Shown here: positions 37,649 through 50,277 of the stretch, in pieces
Numbering within the stretch: position 1 is the stretch's first letter
How the letters are laid out: every line of letters begins with the position of its first letter
From: Mobula hypostoma
Taxonomy: Eukaryota
NCBI RefSeq assembly: GCF_963921235.1
Contig: NC_086097.1
Span: 2,356,001 to 2,420,000, forward strand
DNA length: 64,000 nucleotides
Direction of reading: 5' to 3'
Made by a program: the position numbers and the translations under genes
Notes under the pieces: generated by a model
Told to the model about the DNA's origin: nothing
Seen by the model: the letters and a program-made list of their open reading frames with translations, nothing else
The model's database searches: none

Positions 37649-38705
37649 AATGTCTAATCCAATGTACTACCTCATCTTGAATGTCGAGTGACAGAACCTT
37701 CTTGACCAACCTCCCCTGCGGGACCTTGTCAAATGCCTTGCTAAAGTCCATGTAGACAACATCCACTGCCTTGTTTCATCAACTTTCCTGTTAACTTCCT
37801 GGAAAGATTCCATAACATTGGTTAGGCTTGATCTACCCACACACACAAAGCCATGCTGACTATTCTTAATTACTCTATCTGGTCCCTTAGAATACCTTCC
37901 AGACTCACCAGCCTATAATTTCTTGGTATATTCTTAGAGCCTTTTTTTTAAAAAAAACAGCAGAACAACATTGGCTATCCTCCAGTACCTCTCCTGTCAC
38001 CAAGGATGATTTAAATATCTCCACCAGGGCCCCAGCAATTTCTGCATTTGCCTCCCGTAGGGTCAGAGGGAAGACCTTGTCAGGCCCTGGGAAATCACCC
38101 ACCCTGCTTTATCTCAGGGTAGCAAACACCTCCTCGCTGTGATCCGTACCGGCTCCATGAAATGGTGCTGCTTTGCCTCACCCCTATCGACTCTGTATCC
38201 ATCTGCCTCACTTCTTTAAACTCTGCGTCTGTCTCCTGAGTAAATATAGAATAGATGCAAAAAATTTATTTAAGATCTTCCCCCATCTGTTTTGACTTTA
38301 CACTCTGGACTTCCAGAGGATCAGTTTTGTCCCTTGCAATCCTTTTGCTCTTAGCATATCTTAACAAACCCCTTCCAATTCTCCTTCATCTTATCTACTA
38401 GAGCAAAATGCCTTCTTTTAGCCCTCCTGATTTCTTTCTTAAATGTTCTCTGGCATTTCTTATACACCACAAGCACCTCATTTATTCCAACTTGCATTTA
38501 CCTCCTTCTTTCCCTCTTAATATATCTCGATATCTCTTGAAAACCAAAGTTCCCTACACTTATTATCTTTAACTTTTATTCTGACAAGCACATACAAGCT
38601 TTGTACTTTCAAAATTTCACTTTTGAAGACCTGCCACTCACCAATATACCTTTGCCAAAGAACAGCCTACCCAATCTACACTTGCTAGATCCCTTCTGGC
38701 CATCA
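37649..38705 (-). mobile_element. Decayed CR1 ORF2
   Basis: FPGPDKVFPLTLREANAEIAGAL; CTAAAGTCCATGTAGACAAC reads VVYMDF on the minus strand. Confidence 0.8.
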
Positions 38706-38709
38706 AGAT

Positions 38710-40035
38710 GGCATCATGGGGGGAGATGATCTACCAGAGGGTTGCCACATCGATTGGGTCTCTGGCACTGTGGCTCGAAAGGGAAGGGGAGGAGAAGAGG
38801 ACTTTAGTAGTGATCAGGGACTCCATAGTTAGAGGAGCAGACATGGGCTTCTGTGGATGCAAGAAACACCTGGATGGTATGTTGCCTACAAGGTACCAGG
38901 GTTAGGGGGTGTCTCTAATGAGGTCTACAGCATTCTAAAGGGGGAGGGAGAGCAGCCAGAAGACTTGGTACATATTAGCACCAATGACATACGTAGAAAG
39001 ATGGAGGAGGTCCTGAAGAGAGAATTTAGAGAGTCAGGTAGAAAGCTGAGCAGCAGAACACCAGTGCCTGGGCCATGCACCAGACAGGGCAAGAATAGGA
39101 TGATTTGGCAGATGAATGTGTGGCTGAGGGACTGGTGCAGGGGGCAGGGTTTCAGATTTCTAGATCATTAGGATCTCTTCTGGGGAAGGTATGACCTATA
39201 CAAAAGGGATAGGTTACATCTGAGCCCAAGGGGTACTAATAATCTTGCTAGAACTGTTGGGGAAGGCTTAAACTAATTTGGCAGGGAGATGGGAAACTAA
39301 GTGATAGGGCTAAGGATGGGGCAGAGGCAGTGTGTAGTGGAAGGACAGGCAGATTAGGAGGCATAATTGCAGTCAGTGGGATTAGCTACAGTGTAACAAG
39401 GGGACAAAATCCAAAAGGGTACGAATACAGGACTGACGGCGTTACATTTGAATGCCTGCAGTGTACCGAATAAGTCATAGTCATACTTTATTGATCCCGG
39501 GGGAAATTGGCTTTCATTACAGTTGCACCATAAATAATAAATAGTAATAAAACCATAAATAGTTAAATAGTAATATGTAAATTATGCCAGGAAATAAGTC
39601 CAGGACCAGCCTATCGGCTCAGGGTGTCTGACCCTCCAAGGGAGGAGTTGTAAAGTTTGATGGCCACAGGCAGGAATGACTTCCTATGACGCTCTGTGTT
39701 GCATCTCGGTGGAATGAGTCTCTGGCTGAATGTACTCCTGTGCCCACCCAGTACATTATGTAGTGGATGGGAGACATTGTCCAAGATGGCATGCAACTTG
39801 GACAGCATCCTCTTTTCAGACACGACCGTCAGAGAGTCCAGTTCCATCCCCACATCACCGGCCTTACGAATGAGTTTGTTGATTCTGTTGGTGTCTGCTA
39901 CCCAGCAGACACCAGCAGGAATAAAAGTGATCTGGAAGGGTATGAACACAGGACTGATGGCGTTACATTTGAATGCAGGCAGTGTACTGAATAAAGCAGA
40001 TGATCTGGAAGTGCAGTTGGAGATTGGCAGGCATG
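38710..40035 (+). mobile_element. CR1 ORF1 SGNH/GDSL esterase remnant plus start of ORF2, split by a Rex insertion
   Basis: VVIRDSIVRG, VHISTNDI, MNVWLRDWCRGQGFRFLDH, YKRDRLHL; LHLNA..LNKADDL endonuclease start. Confidence 0.85.
39474..39918 (-). mobile_element. Young Rex1/Babar 3' fragment
   Basis: (GACTAT)n tail; RKSFLPVAIKLYNSS; GAATAA TSD at 39468-39473 and 39919-39924. Confidence 0.92.
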
Positions 40036-40791
40036 TCCTTGTGCACCTGTTAAGTCACCTCTCATCATCTTTTGCCTGAGCTCACTCAATCTTTCTTCAT
40101 AAGACACGCTCTCTAATCCAAGCAACGTCTTGTAAATAGAAAAATAGAGGAATATGGGTAACCCCGAGAAATTTCTAAAGTAAGTACATGTTTGGCACAG
40201 CATTGTGGGCCAAAGGGCCTGCATTGTGCTGTAGGTTTTCCATGTTTCTATTACATGACAGCGTTTGAACAAAATCCCATGACTAATGAAGGCAAACACA
40301 CTATACACCTTCACAACCACCTGTCAACTTGTGCAGCAACTTTGAGGGAGAGATAGACGGCAGGATCTGTGTTCCTCCACACTGTTAACAAACCTACCAC
40401 TAGCCCTGTATTCTGCCTTCAAGTTCAAAGTGTACCCTCTTGCACTTTTCCACAACACCACCAATCTTTGTGTCAATTACTAACCGACCCTTCCACTTCC
40501 TTACTCAAGTCATTTATAAAATCACAAAGAAAAGGAGTTTCAGAACAATCCCTGCAGAATACCACTAGACACCGACCTCCAGGCAGAATATATGCCATCT
40601 GCTACCACCTTCTGCCAAGGTATCTGAACATAATGTGACTAACAGGAAATGATAAAACTGACAAAATGACTCTTGGCAAGAGGAACTCCTCTGGGCAGCA
40701 GCAGGGCAAATGAAACATTTAAACAATGAGATAATCTTATGTAAAAGTACAATAGAAGGAATATTGTGTTAACACCAACTCTGTTAACTGC

Positions 40792-41170
40792 ATGATCTTA
40801 TTGAAACATATAAGATTATTAAGGGATTGGACACACTGGAGGCAGGAAGCATGTTCCCGCTGATGGGTGAGTCCAGAACCAGAGGCCACAGTTTAAGAAT
40901 AAGGGGTAGGCCATTTAGAATGGAGTTGAGGAAAAACTTTTTCACCCAGAGAGTGGTGGATATAGGAATGCTCTGCCCCAGAAGGCTGTGGAGGCCAAGT
41001 CTCTGGATGCTTTCAAGAAAGAGATGGGTAGAGCTCTTAGGGATAGCGGAATCAAAGGTTATGGGGATAAGGCAGGAACTGGATACTGATTGTGGATGAT
41101 CAGCCATGATCACAGTGAATGGCGGTGCTGGTTTGAAGGGCCGAATGGCCTACTCCTGCACCTATTGTCA
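40792..41170 (+). mobile_element. CR1 3' fragment
   Basis: ORF 40827..41099 GESRTRGHSLRIRGRPFRMELRKNFFTQRVV. Confidence 0.88.
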
Positions 41171-41667
41171 TGACTGGCCTCACCCTCCCAGCTCTTACTG
41201 AGCACTAATAATCAGTACAGAACAATACCACAACTGATCTAAGAGCTTCAGACAACTGATTAAAGTGGTTCAGATGGCAGCATACCAAAGTCAGTCAAAT
41301 CACAATTATACTGAGATTGCTTGGATTGGGAATCTAAACCTATAGAATTCAGTCCTAAATTGGATTTCTGTTTCCACTAAGGTTTGACCTACTGTCCAAC
41401 TTTTTAAAAAGTCTTTGTAGGCAATTTGTTCAATATAGTGAAATGTGTGTTCAAGGGGGCCAGGACAGAAAGAGGGAAATACCATTCAAATGGACCGGGT
41501 GCCTTGCTAGTTCATGAGTGCCCATAACAACACAAACTTTGAGCTCATTTTCTAAGAAGCTGTAAAACCTTGTAAAAGTCTGCTTCATTTAAGATTCCTT
41601 CAAAAGCTGTAATGTGCTTCATTTAAATTTTTGCTTCATTCAGTTAGAGAACCAGGTCTGTTGTTTT

Positions 41668-41800
41668 ACTGAAGAAGAGTCTCATCCCAAAATGCCGACT
41701 GGTTATTCACTTCCATAGATGCTGTCTGGCCATCTGAGTTTCTGCAGCATTTGAATGTGCTGTCCTAGATTTCTAGTATTTACGGAATCTCTTGTGTTTT
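41668..41800 (+). mobile_element. Decayed Penelope pLTR/hammerhead copy
   Basis: CTGAAGAAGAGTCTCATCCCAAAATGCCGACTG followed by the family arm. Confidence 0.6.
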
Positions 41801-42538
41801 CTGATTTTATTCCTGTTTTAAATGTTTGACTGGCAAAACACTTCCCTCCACTGCACCTCAGATGTCCTTTTGACAGTCCTGAGCACTGAATCAGTATTGA
41901 CGTGTAATAATTATAATTTTCATGTTACACATTTTGCTGCATTCTCTACTGAAAGCGAACTACTGCCCAACTGCACAAGCTGCTGATTCAAAAGCAGACT
42001 TATTCAGTGAGCAAATAGCCAATGGGAAGAGCTCAACAATGGGAAAACACTGTGCAACTGATCTTGGAGGGAAACATATCGAAAAACATATTCATACGCT
42101 GCCAGCTTCCTGATACAATCTGGGATGCATTTTCTCCCAAATGACATCTCCTTCCTCTGCCTCCCCAGTTCCAGATAAATATAAATGCAAAAATAAACAC
42201 TCAACAGAACGTCTGTTGCTGGAATTCCCACAATGTAAAAAGTTTAGAGAAAAAAATCAAGTTCACTTTACATTTCCTGCCAGCTTACACTACTCTATTT
42301 CTTTCTGTAACTCTATCAGACTTGCTGAGACAGGGTAGCACGTAAAGAGGGCATGATTCTTTGGCTTGGCCTCAGCATTTTCCTAATAGAAATCAGGTTC
42401 CCAAATAGATCTGGGACATGACCTAGCATCTGGACTGAGGTTGGAGAGGGAAGGTAGCTTTTATTAAGAGGGGTGAGACAAGGGCACATAGATAACCCAA
42501 ATACATTTCCAGCCAAAGCTAATTTTTCATGAATAATT

Positions 42539-43272
42539 ATGAGCAATCTCAAAGCAGTATGGCAGAAGGATCTTGGAAGCGATATTGAAGATAATGAGTG
42601 GTCAAATATTTTATCAAATGTGGGTAGACATATTAGGGAAGCGAGAGGGAAATTTATTCAGTATAAAATAGTACACAGATATTATTGGACACCAACTAGA
42701 CTCTACAAAATGGGGATTGTTGATAATAATTTATGCTGGAAATGTAAAAATGAGGTGGGCACATATTTTCACATGATTTGGGAGTGTTCCATGGTTCGGC
42801 CATTTTGGTGCAAAGTTCTTGATCTGTTGGGGAGTTGGTTGGGTTCCACACTGCCCTTGTGCCCACGGCTTTGTCTCCTGGGTGATAGGACAATGATACC
42901 TAATGTAAACAATGACAATTTTACTATTTTAAAGGTGGGTCTCATCACAGTTGCAAGAATTATACTGCAAAACTGGGAAAAACCCAGATGTCCCACTGTG
43001 AAGGAATGGACTGAGGAAATGATTAAGATTTCATCATATGAACACATGTTGGAAAGAATTAATGGTGAGGGAAAAGTGCAAGACGTGTGGGACCAATTTT
43101 GTTTGTATGTTAATTTAAACTTAAATTAGAACTTCTTTCTGTCTCTAAGATTTATTGTTTTCCTGTCATGGGATGGCTGTGTAAATATGCTGTACTGTAT
43201 CTGCCCTATGACATGCTGCGCTGCTTTGTAAAATAAGAATAAATAAAATGAGAATTTGAATTATATAAAAAA
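42539..43272 (+). mobile_element. L1-clade LINE 3' fragment (C-terminal zinc-knuckle domain, 3' UTR, polyA signal)
   Basis: 196-codon open frame QYKIVHRYYWTPTRL..CWKC..H.IWEC..FW; AATAAA at 43238 and short A tail. Confidence 0.9.
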
Positions 43273-43586
43273 TAATGTTTGGCTTGGTGAGTTCATTGCA
43301 TCTCTCAGTGTCACTTATCTCAGGCCACTGATATTCAATGGTAGTGCAATTCTGCCAATATACCGAGCACTAATTCAAAGGTATCATGGTTAAATGTTAC
43401 AATGCTGCTCTGGAGCGACCAGAATTTACTGACAGCATCCGTAAATAATTCCGAAATGTAGGATTCTAGGTCCTGACTACAAAGAGGAAATATAAAAGCT
43501 CTTTCTAGCAGATACACATCAAAATCTCAGAGTCAGGTGTATTATCACCGGCATGTGTCGTGAAATTTGTTATCTTAGTTACTATT

Positions 43587-43588
<2 letters not shown>

Positions 43589-43632
<44 letters not shown>
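43589..43632. repeat. (CA)n microsatellite
   Basis: Perfect AC run. Confidence 0.97.
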
Positions 43633-43634
<2 letters not shown>

Positions 43635-43904
43635 CAAGCTTATGTATGTGTGTTACTCTACCGGAGACAGTGTTAGGCCATACTTTTCTTCCCAGTTTCA
43701 AAGATTCTTCCCGTCACTCCCGTTTCAAGTAGTTGAATTGTACATTTTCTTTCTGTGTTGATAATGCCCAGGCTCACTGAGATCACTGATCACTGGCACC
43801 AAACATAACATCCTTTAATGAGTGCTCCATCTGCCTTTGATTTTCCACCATCACCCACCTGCCTCTGACTCCAATCTCTATCCCTCCCACTTCATCGGCT
43901 GCCC

Positions 43905-44062
43905 ATCATTTACTGATTTACAGTGAGGAACAGGCCCTTCTGGCCCAACGAGCCACTCCGCCCAGCAACCCATTGATTTAACCCTCGCCCAACCACAGGC
44001 CAATTTACAATGACCGATTAACCTACTGACCAGTACGTCTTTAGATTGCGGGAGGAAACTGA
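43905..44062 (-). mobile_element. V-domain SINE 3' half
   Basis: Minus strand GTTTCCTCCCGCAATCTAAAGACGTACTGGTCAGTAGGTTAATCGG with CR1-like tail GAAGGGCCTGTTCC. Confidence 0.7.
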
Positions 44063-44102
44063 GTTCCTTCAGCCCCTCTGTCACTATCTGATCCTAGCAA
44101 CA

Positions 44103-44835
44103 AACATAGAAACATAGAACACCTACAGCACAATACAGGCCCTTTGGCCCACAAAGGGTCCCTACCTGAGAAATTACTAGACTTCCCCATAGCCCTCTAT
44201 TTTTCTAAGCTCTATGTACCTATCTAAATGTCTCTTAAAAGACCCTATCGTATCCATCTCCACCACCGTTGCCGGCAGCCCACTCCACGCACTCACCACT
44301 CTCTGAGTAAAAATCTTTCCCCTAACATCTCCTCTGTACCTACTCCCCAGAACCTTAAACCTGTGCCCTCTTGTGGCAGCCATTTCAGCCCTGGGAAAAA
44401 GCCTCTGACTATCCATACAATCAATGACTCATCATCTTACACACCTCTATCAGGTCACCTCTCATCCTCCGTCGCTCCAAGGAGAAAAGGCCGAGTTCAC
44501 TCAACCTATTCCCATAAGGCATGCTCCCCAATCCGGGCAACATCCTTGTAAATCTCCTCTGCACCCTTTCTATGGCTTCAACATCCTTCCTGTAGTGAGC
44601 CAACTAGAATTGAGCACAGTTCTCCATGTGGGGTCTGACCAGGGTCCTATATAGCTGCAACATTACCTCTCGGCTCCTAAATTCAATTCCACGATTGATA
44701 AAGGCCAATACACCTTCTTAACCACAGCGTCAACCTGCGCAGCTGCTTTGAGTGTCCTATGGACTCGGACCCCAAGATCCCTCTGATCCTCCACACTGCC
44801 AAGAGTCTTACCATTAATACTATATTCTGCCATCA
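44103..44835 (-). mobile_element. Young CR1 3' fragment
   Basis: ORFs 44177..44416 and 44421..44603; near-identical to 60722-61470. Confidence 0.92.
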
Positions 44836-45030
44836 ACAAGTAACCTGCTGGTGGAAGTCAGTGGTTTGAGCTGATTCTGTGGAAGGAAAAGAACTTTTGA
44901 TGTCACAGGTTAGAGCCCTGCATCAGGACTTGACAATCCCTTTCCTCCTACAGATACTGCTCAACCCACTGAACTCCTCCAGCAGATAGTTTGCTGGTCC
45001 AGATTCTTGCATCTGCAGTGCCTTGTCTTT
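44836..45030. mobile_element. Older Penelope pLTR fold-back element (second subfamily)
   Basis: Arms CTGCTGGTGGAAGTCAGTGGTTTGAGC / GCTCAACCCACTGAACTCCTCCAGCAG; minus-strand AGTCCTGATGCAGGG core variant. Confidence 0.6.
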
Positions 45031-46032
45031 CCAGCTTCACCCCTCTTTACAGCCGCTACCTTCCCATTCCAGTCCCAGCCCCAATTTTGAGTCATGACCC
45101 AATCCAACAGTTCCTTTCGATGAGTTCCCCTCCATCTCAGCCCCAACCACAATATTACTTGACCTGATGAGTACCTCCAGCAGTCTGTATTAAAACCTTT
45201 AGTGAGATGCCTTGTTTCTGGGATCAATAATCTATCAAATTCAATGCAACTGATTCAACTTTTTCTGTCTTCATTCCCTTTTTGGGTGGCCCCCTCCATA
45301 CTGGCCCACAATACCACCCTTCACATTCTCCCCTCTCCCCTCTTTCACCGAGGAGAAATACGAAAGCTTGAAACCACCAGACCAAGCTCCTACCTCACTG
45401 TTATAGGTCTTTCGAAAGATCTCTTGTATGATAATGATGAACTCTTGACATTACAGTCCACTATATCATGTCTTTGTACCTTACTATCTACCTGCTCTGG
45501 ACTTACTCTGTAACTACAGCACCATATCCTACATCCTATATACACTAACAATCTACTATCTGTTAGTACCTCAATGTAGAGTACTTGTTCAGAAATGCAA
45601 CTTGCCACATAAGAATGCTGACTTTGCCGAGTCATATTTCACAATTTCAATCCCTGTATAGTATTGGAGGCTGCCACTTGACCCATCAAATATATGCCTA
45701 CTGTTAAAGACTAGCTTGAAAAGACTAGCTCTATTATGTACTTGTTTCCCTGTAAACCGATTCTCTTTAACATACCCATCAAATACCCTCTGATACTCCC
45801 AACGCCCGGCTCAACTAGGGGTAATTTACAGCAACCAGCTGACCCAGCAACACATCTGGAGGAAGCCTGATCTCCAGGGAAACCATGTGTACTCACAGGA
45901 GAAATCCAAACCTGAGACAATCACACTATCTCCAGTACAATGGTGCCACCACAATTATTCGTGGAAGTATAATCACTATTAGCTCAGTAGCACTGAGCTG
46001 GGTCAAAATCCTGGATCTCACTACCCAACAGC

Positions 46033-46585
46033 ACAAAGGGAGAACCTCCACCATTGAGATGTAGGTCCACTACACAACAACACCGGGAGCACCTCCACCG
46101 TGGAACTGACCACACAACAACACCGGGAGCACCTCCACCATGGAACTGACCACACAACACCAGGAGCACCTCCACCATGGAACTGACCACACAACAACAC
46201 CGGGAGCACCTCCACCATGGAACTGACCACACAACAACACCGGGAGAACCTCCACCATGGAACTGACCACACAACAACACCGGGAGCACCTCCACCATGG
46301 AACTGACCACACAACACCAGGAGAACCTCCACCATGGAACTGACCACACAACAACACCGGCAGAACCTCCACCATGGAACTGACCACACAACACCAGGAG
46401 AACCTCCACCATGGAACTGACCACACAACACCAGGAGAACCTCCACCATGGAACTGACCACACAACACCGGGAGCACTTCCACCATGGAACTGACCACAC
46501 AACAACACCGGGAGAACCTCCACCATGGAACTGACCACACAACACCGGGAGCACTTCCACCATGGAACTGACCACACAACACCAA
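46033..46585. repeat. Minisatellite: 13 units of 37 or 40 bp plus one diverged leading unit
   Basis: Unit CACCRGGAGMACCTCCACCATGGAACTGACCACACAA(CAA), counted from 46081 to 46579. Confidence 0.97.
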
Positions 46586-48074
46586 GGGAGGACCTTGCAA
46601 AGGTTCATTTATTTTTAAAGTATGAATGTAGTCTGCAACTGTAAGATTCGTCTTCTCCAAATTGCTACGAAACAAAGAAAACCATGGAGATCGTCAAACC
46701 CAGCCACCCCTGCACAAAAAGGGCCACATGATCAACACCCAAACCACCCTCCGCTGCATAAAAATTACTAAAAAAAAGACATGCCAAGCAGCAAGAACAT
46801 TAACCCCCAAACCCCCTCATCTTGCATGAAGATAAACTAACAAATTGCATCACAGGACAACCCAACTCCCTTCCCTCACATAAAAAAAATGAAGAAACAA
46901 TTATACCCATATGACCAATTAACCTATTAACACATATCTTTGGAATGTGGGGGTGGGGAAACCAGAGTGAACTCGCATGATCACGGGGAGAATGTAGAAA
47001 CACTTTACAGACAACAGCGGGAACATAGAAAATAGGCATGCACAACAATAGGCTCTGAATGTCATTGTTATTCATTGCAACTGATAATCTTTATAGATTG
47101 CTAAAGATAAAGGTCTTTGCTCCCAACGTCATCAAGCTACATTTTTGAAAGTAGTAGTCAATGCAGTTTTTCATTCCCACAGCATACTCCTTTTGTAATG
47201 TAGCGTGCTTGAGTTAATGGTAAATAACTGGACAGGGCAGGGCTGTCGATGGAATTAAAGATTAGAGTCATGCTCTAAAGCTGTCTCACCACCACAGGTC
47301 TGAGTGCATTCTCCCAATTCATGGCTATCGTTGCAATTATACTGTACATGCAAAGATTTCCATCAATAACGCATTTACTACTCATGTATAAAGTAAACCA
47401 CCCACTTAAAAAGACAAAAATAAACCAAGCTGAATGTAAAAGCACAAAGAAATAGTTACGATTCCACTTAAAAAGTTTTTTTTAATTCATACCTTGGAGT
47501 CAATGTGATTTGATCAGCTCTGTTGTTTTATAATCTCCAACTCGCAGGTGCTTTCTTTATCAGACACTATTAGGATTCTTTAAAGAGCAATTTATAATCT
47601 GATCTCTAACACACTACAGTCTCTTCAAAGTGATCACTGTTTGTCTGAAGTATGTTACTCATTTGGAGATGAACATCACCTGGAGAGATACACTGCATCA
47701 CCAAGGCTTTATCTTCACGTGAACCATGAAAGGATCACCCTTACCTCAGTGACAAAATTGTCATGCTTGACCTCAGGGCACTGAACCTCATTCTCCTGCC
47801 TTCTCCCCTTGATCACCCTGACTAATCAAGAACCTATCAAGCTCCACTTTAAATATACCCAATAACTTGGCCTCCACAGCCATCTGTGGCAACGAATTCC
47901 ATAATTCATCACCTGCAGGCTAAAGAAATTCCCCTTCATCTCCATTCCAAATAGATACCCCTCTATTCTGAACTGCAGGTGATAGACATACATTTATTTT
48001 GTTCTTTAATGAATATACCAGGAAGCAGCGTTTAAACAGATGTTTTCAATGGATATCAGGAATATTTTCTTCAT

Positions 48075-48408
48075 CGGGGGTATAGATATGTAAATACAAG
48101 CAAGCTTTTTCCACTGAGGTTATAACCAGAGATCGTGGGTTAAAAGTGAAAGGTGAGAAGTTTAAGGTGAACATGAGGGGAGGGTCACTCAGGAGGGTGA
48201 TGAAAGTATGGGATGAGCTGCCAGCACAAGCACTACATGCGAGCTCAATTTCGACATTTAAGGGAAGTTCGGACTGGTACACGGATGGAAGGGCTATGGC
48301 GGGCGATGGTCGGTGCAGGTCCATGGGCATAGGCAGTTTAAATGGTTTCGGCATGGATTAGATGGGCTGAAGGACCTGTTCCTGTGCTATATTTCTCTTA
48401 CTCTATGA
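48075..48408 (+). mobile_element. CR1 3' fragment
   Basis: KGEKFKVNMRG..VWDELP..ASSISTFK; same subfamily as 9950-10380. Confidence 0.8.
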
Positions 48409-49357
48409 CCGTACATTATTTTCCAGGACAAAGTCTGGTCTCCCCCAAGTTCATCCAGTTGTTTTCAATATTTGATTTCCCTTTTGTTGAAATTTCTGAC
48501 TCCCACACCCCCCACCTAATTAAAGCTTCTTCTTTTTACTGCATTCTCACCTCAGGAAAGCCACAGATTATTTCAGTGACCACACCTCAAAGCACACTCA
48601 GGTTTGGCTGTAAGAGTAGTGACATTATCCATGAACTAAACAGGATTTCTGGGTCAGTAACCGAAGTCTGAGAATTTTGCACCTAATACCAAGGGCGCTG
48701 TGAACCAGTCCACCCAAGCAAAATTCCTGGGAACTAGCAGTCTAATGAAATGAGGAGATGGTAAAGTAAATCGAGAATCTAAGGAAATAGGGCCCTTGTT
48801 GTACTGTGCGCCAGCAATGTGGTGTCCAATTATTAACACGCTAAATTAAAAAGAAATAGAATTCATGAAATTACAATTCGCTCCAGGTTTACTGGAGTAT
48901 AGAAAGGTGAGCTTACAAAAAGAGATCATCAAACGAGAACTGGTTGTTACTTGGTCAATTCTCACCATACCATGATTACACACACAAGACACGTGACACA
49001 ATCCATGACTGGATTGTGGGTGACATTAAGGTAAGAAGATAAAGAAAGGCAATATCCGGTTACTGGAAATGCAGATATCAGATTACAGGTTGGCAAATAC
49101 AATTATACCTACCTCTGATCAGTATAACCACACACACACCAAACTGTAAGAACACTGGGCATAGAGCAGTTACTGCTCAGGTAACATTCCAATTTACAGT
49201 ACTGACCCCAAGCAGCAACTGGATTCTTGCTTAGCAGAACAGCTCCATTTAGTAACCAAATAAGAGTCTGATTCTGTGGTGATGTACCACTTTACCTCAC
49301 TTTTGTCCTACCCTAGGCTTTGTCTTTGCTTTCCTAGGCTGTCCCAACAGACCTCAC

Positions 49358-49891
49358 CACAACCTTTAACATCTGCCGGACGATGCTGAGGATGTTCTAC
49401 GAGTCTGTGGTGGCCAGTGCTATCATGTTTGCTGTTGTATGCTGGGGCAGCAGGCTGAGGGTAGCAGACACCAATGTTATCAACAAACTCATTTGTAAGG
49501 TTAGTGATGTTGTGGGGATGGAACTGGACTCTCTGACAGTGGTGTCTGAAAAGAGGATGCTGTCCAAGTTGCATGCCATCTTGGACAATGTCTCCCATCC
49601 ACTACATAATGTACTGGGTGGGCACAGGAGTACATTCAGCCAGAGACTCATTCCACCGAGATGCAACACAGAGCGTCATAGGAAGTCATTCCTGCCTGTG
49701 GCCATCAAACTTTACAACTCCTCCCTTGGAGGGTCAGACACCCTGAGCCAATAGGCTGGTCCTGGACTTATTTCCTGGCATAATTTACATATTACTATTT
49801 AACTATTTATGGTTCTATTACTATTTATTATTTATGGTGCAACTGTAATGAAAACCAATTTCCTCCAGAATCAATAAAGTATGACTATGAC
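49358..49891 (+). mobile_element. Young Rex1/Babar 3' fragment
   Basis: ORF 49383..49754 MLRMFYESVVASAIMFAVVCWG..; tail AATAAAGTATGACTATGACT. Confidence 0.93.
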
Positions 49892-50004
49892 TGGAAGGTT
49901 CTGTGATGGTGTGAAGTGTAAAAGTGATTCAGTGACAATCAAAAACACAAGAGTTTCTGCAGATTCTGGAAATCCAGGGCAACACACACAGAATACTGGA
50001 GGAG

Positions 50005-50042
50005 CAATCAATGTTTCAGGTCAAGACCCTTCATCAGGGCTG
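50005..50042 (-). ncRNA. Minimal type-I hammerhead ribozyme motif (degenerate)
   Basis: CAGCC-CTGATGA-AGGGTCTTGACCT-GAAAC-ATT-GATTG. Confidence 0.65.
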
Positions 50043-50061
50043 GCTCCCATTCCTGGCTTTC

Positions 50062-50099
50062 CGGTCCTGATGAAGGGTCTCGGCCTGAAATGTTGTCTG
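50062..50099 (+). ncRNA. Minimal type-I hammerhead ribozyme motif (degenerate)
   Basis: CGGTC-CTGATGA(50067-50073)-AGGGTCTCGGCCT-GAAAT-GTT-GTCTG. Confidence 0.65.
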
Positions 50100-50277
50100 T
50101 TTATTGATTTCCATAGCTGCTGCCTGACTTGCTGAGTTCCTTCAGCGTTTTGTGTGTGTTGTTGCAAATCAACATTGCATAGTGAACAAATACCAGAATG
50201 AAGGGTCGTCCTTGAGGTGAAAATAGTTACTGCAGAGTAGAGAGAAGCAATAAGCCGGAAAGCACTGACGTATGGAA

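Larger units (their letters stand above)
49942..50165. mobile_element. Penelope pLTR-derived fold-back element with two hammerhead motifs
   Basis: Family arms at both ends; internal GACCCTTCATCAGG and CCTGATGAAGGGTC in inverted orientation. Confidence 0.85.

Noticed and set aside
43335..43500. Minus-strand exon after a strong acceptor (TTTATATTTCCTCTTTGTAG|, exon from 43476) reading QDLESYISELFTDAV..
   Set aside because: Peptide not recognised, no convincing donor or partner exons; cannot be supported without RNA data.
46033..46585. CRISPR array or Cys-rich repeat protein gene (ORFs 45984..46675)
   Set aside because: Head-to-tail units with no unique spacers and no cas genes, in a eukaryotic context. 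The ORFs follow from a stop-free repeat unit.
49383..49754. Small multi-copy host gene family (four similar ~100-130-aa ORFs)
   Set aside because: These are C-termini of Rex1/Babar ORFs with tandem-repeat tails and 5' truncation.
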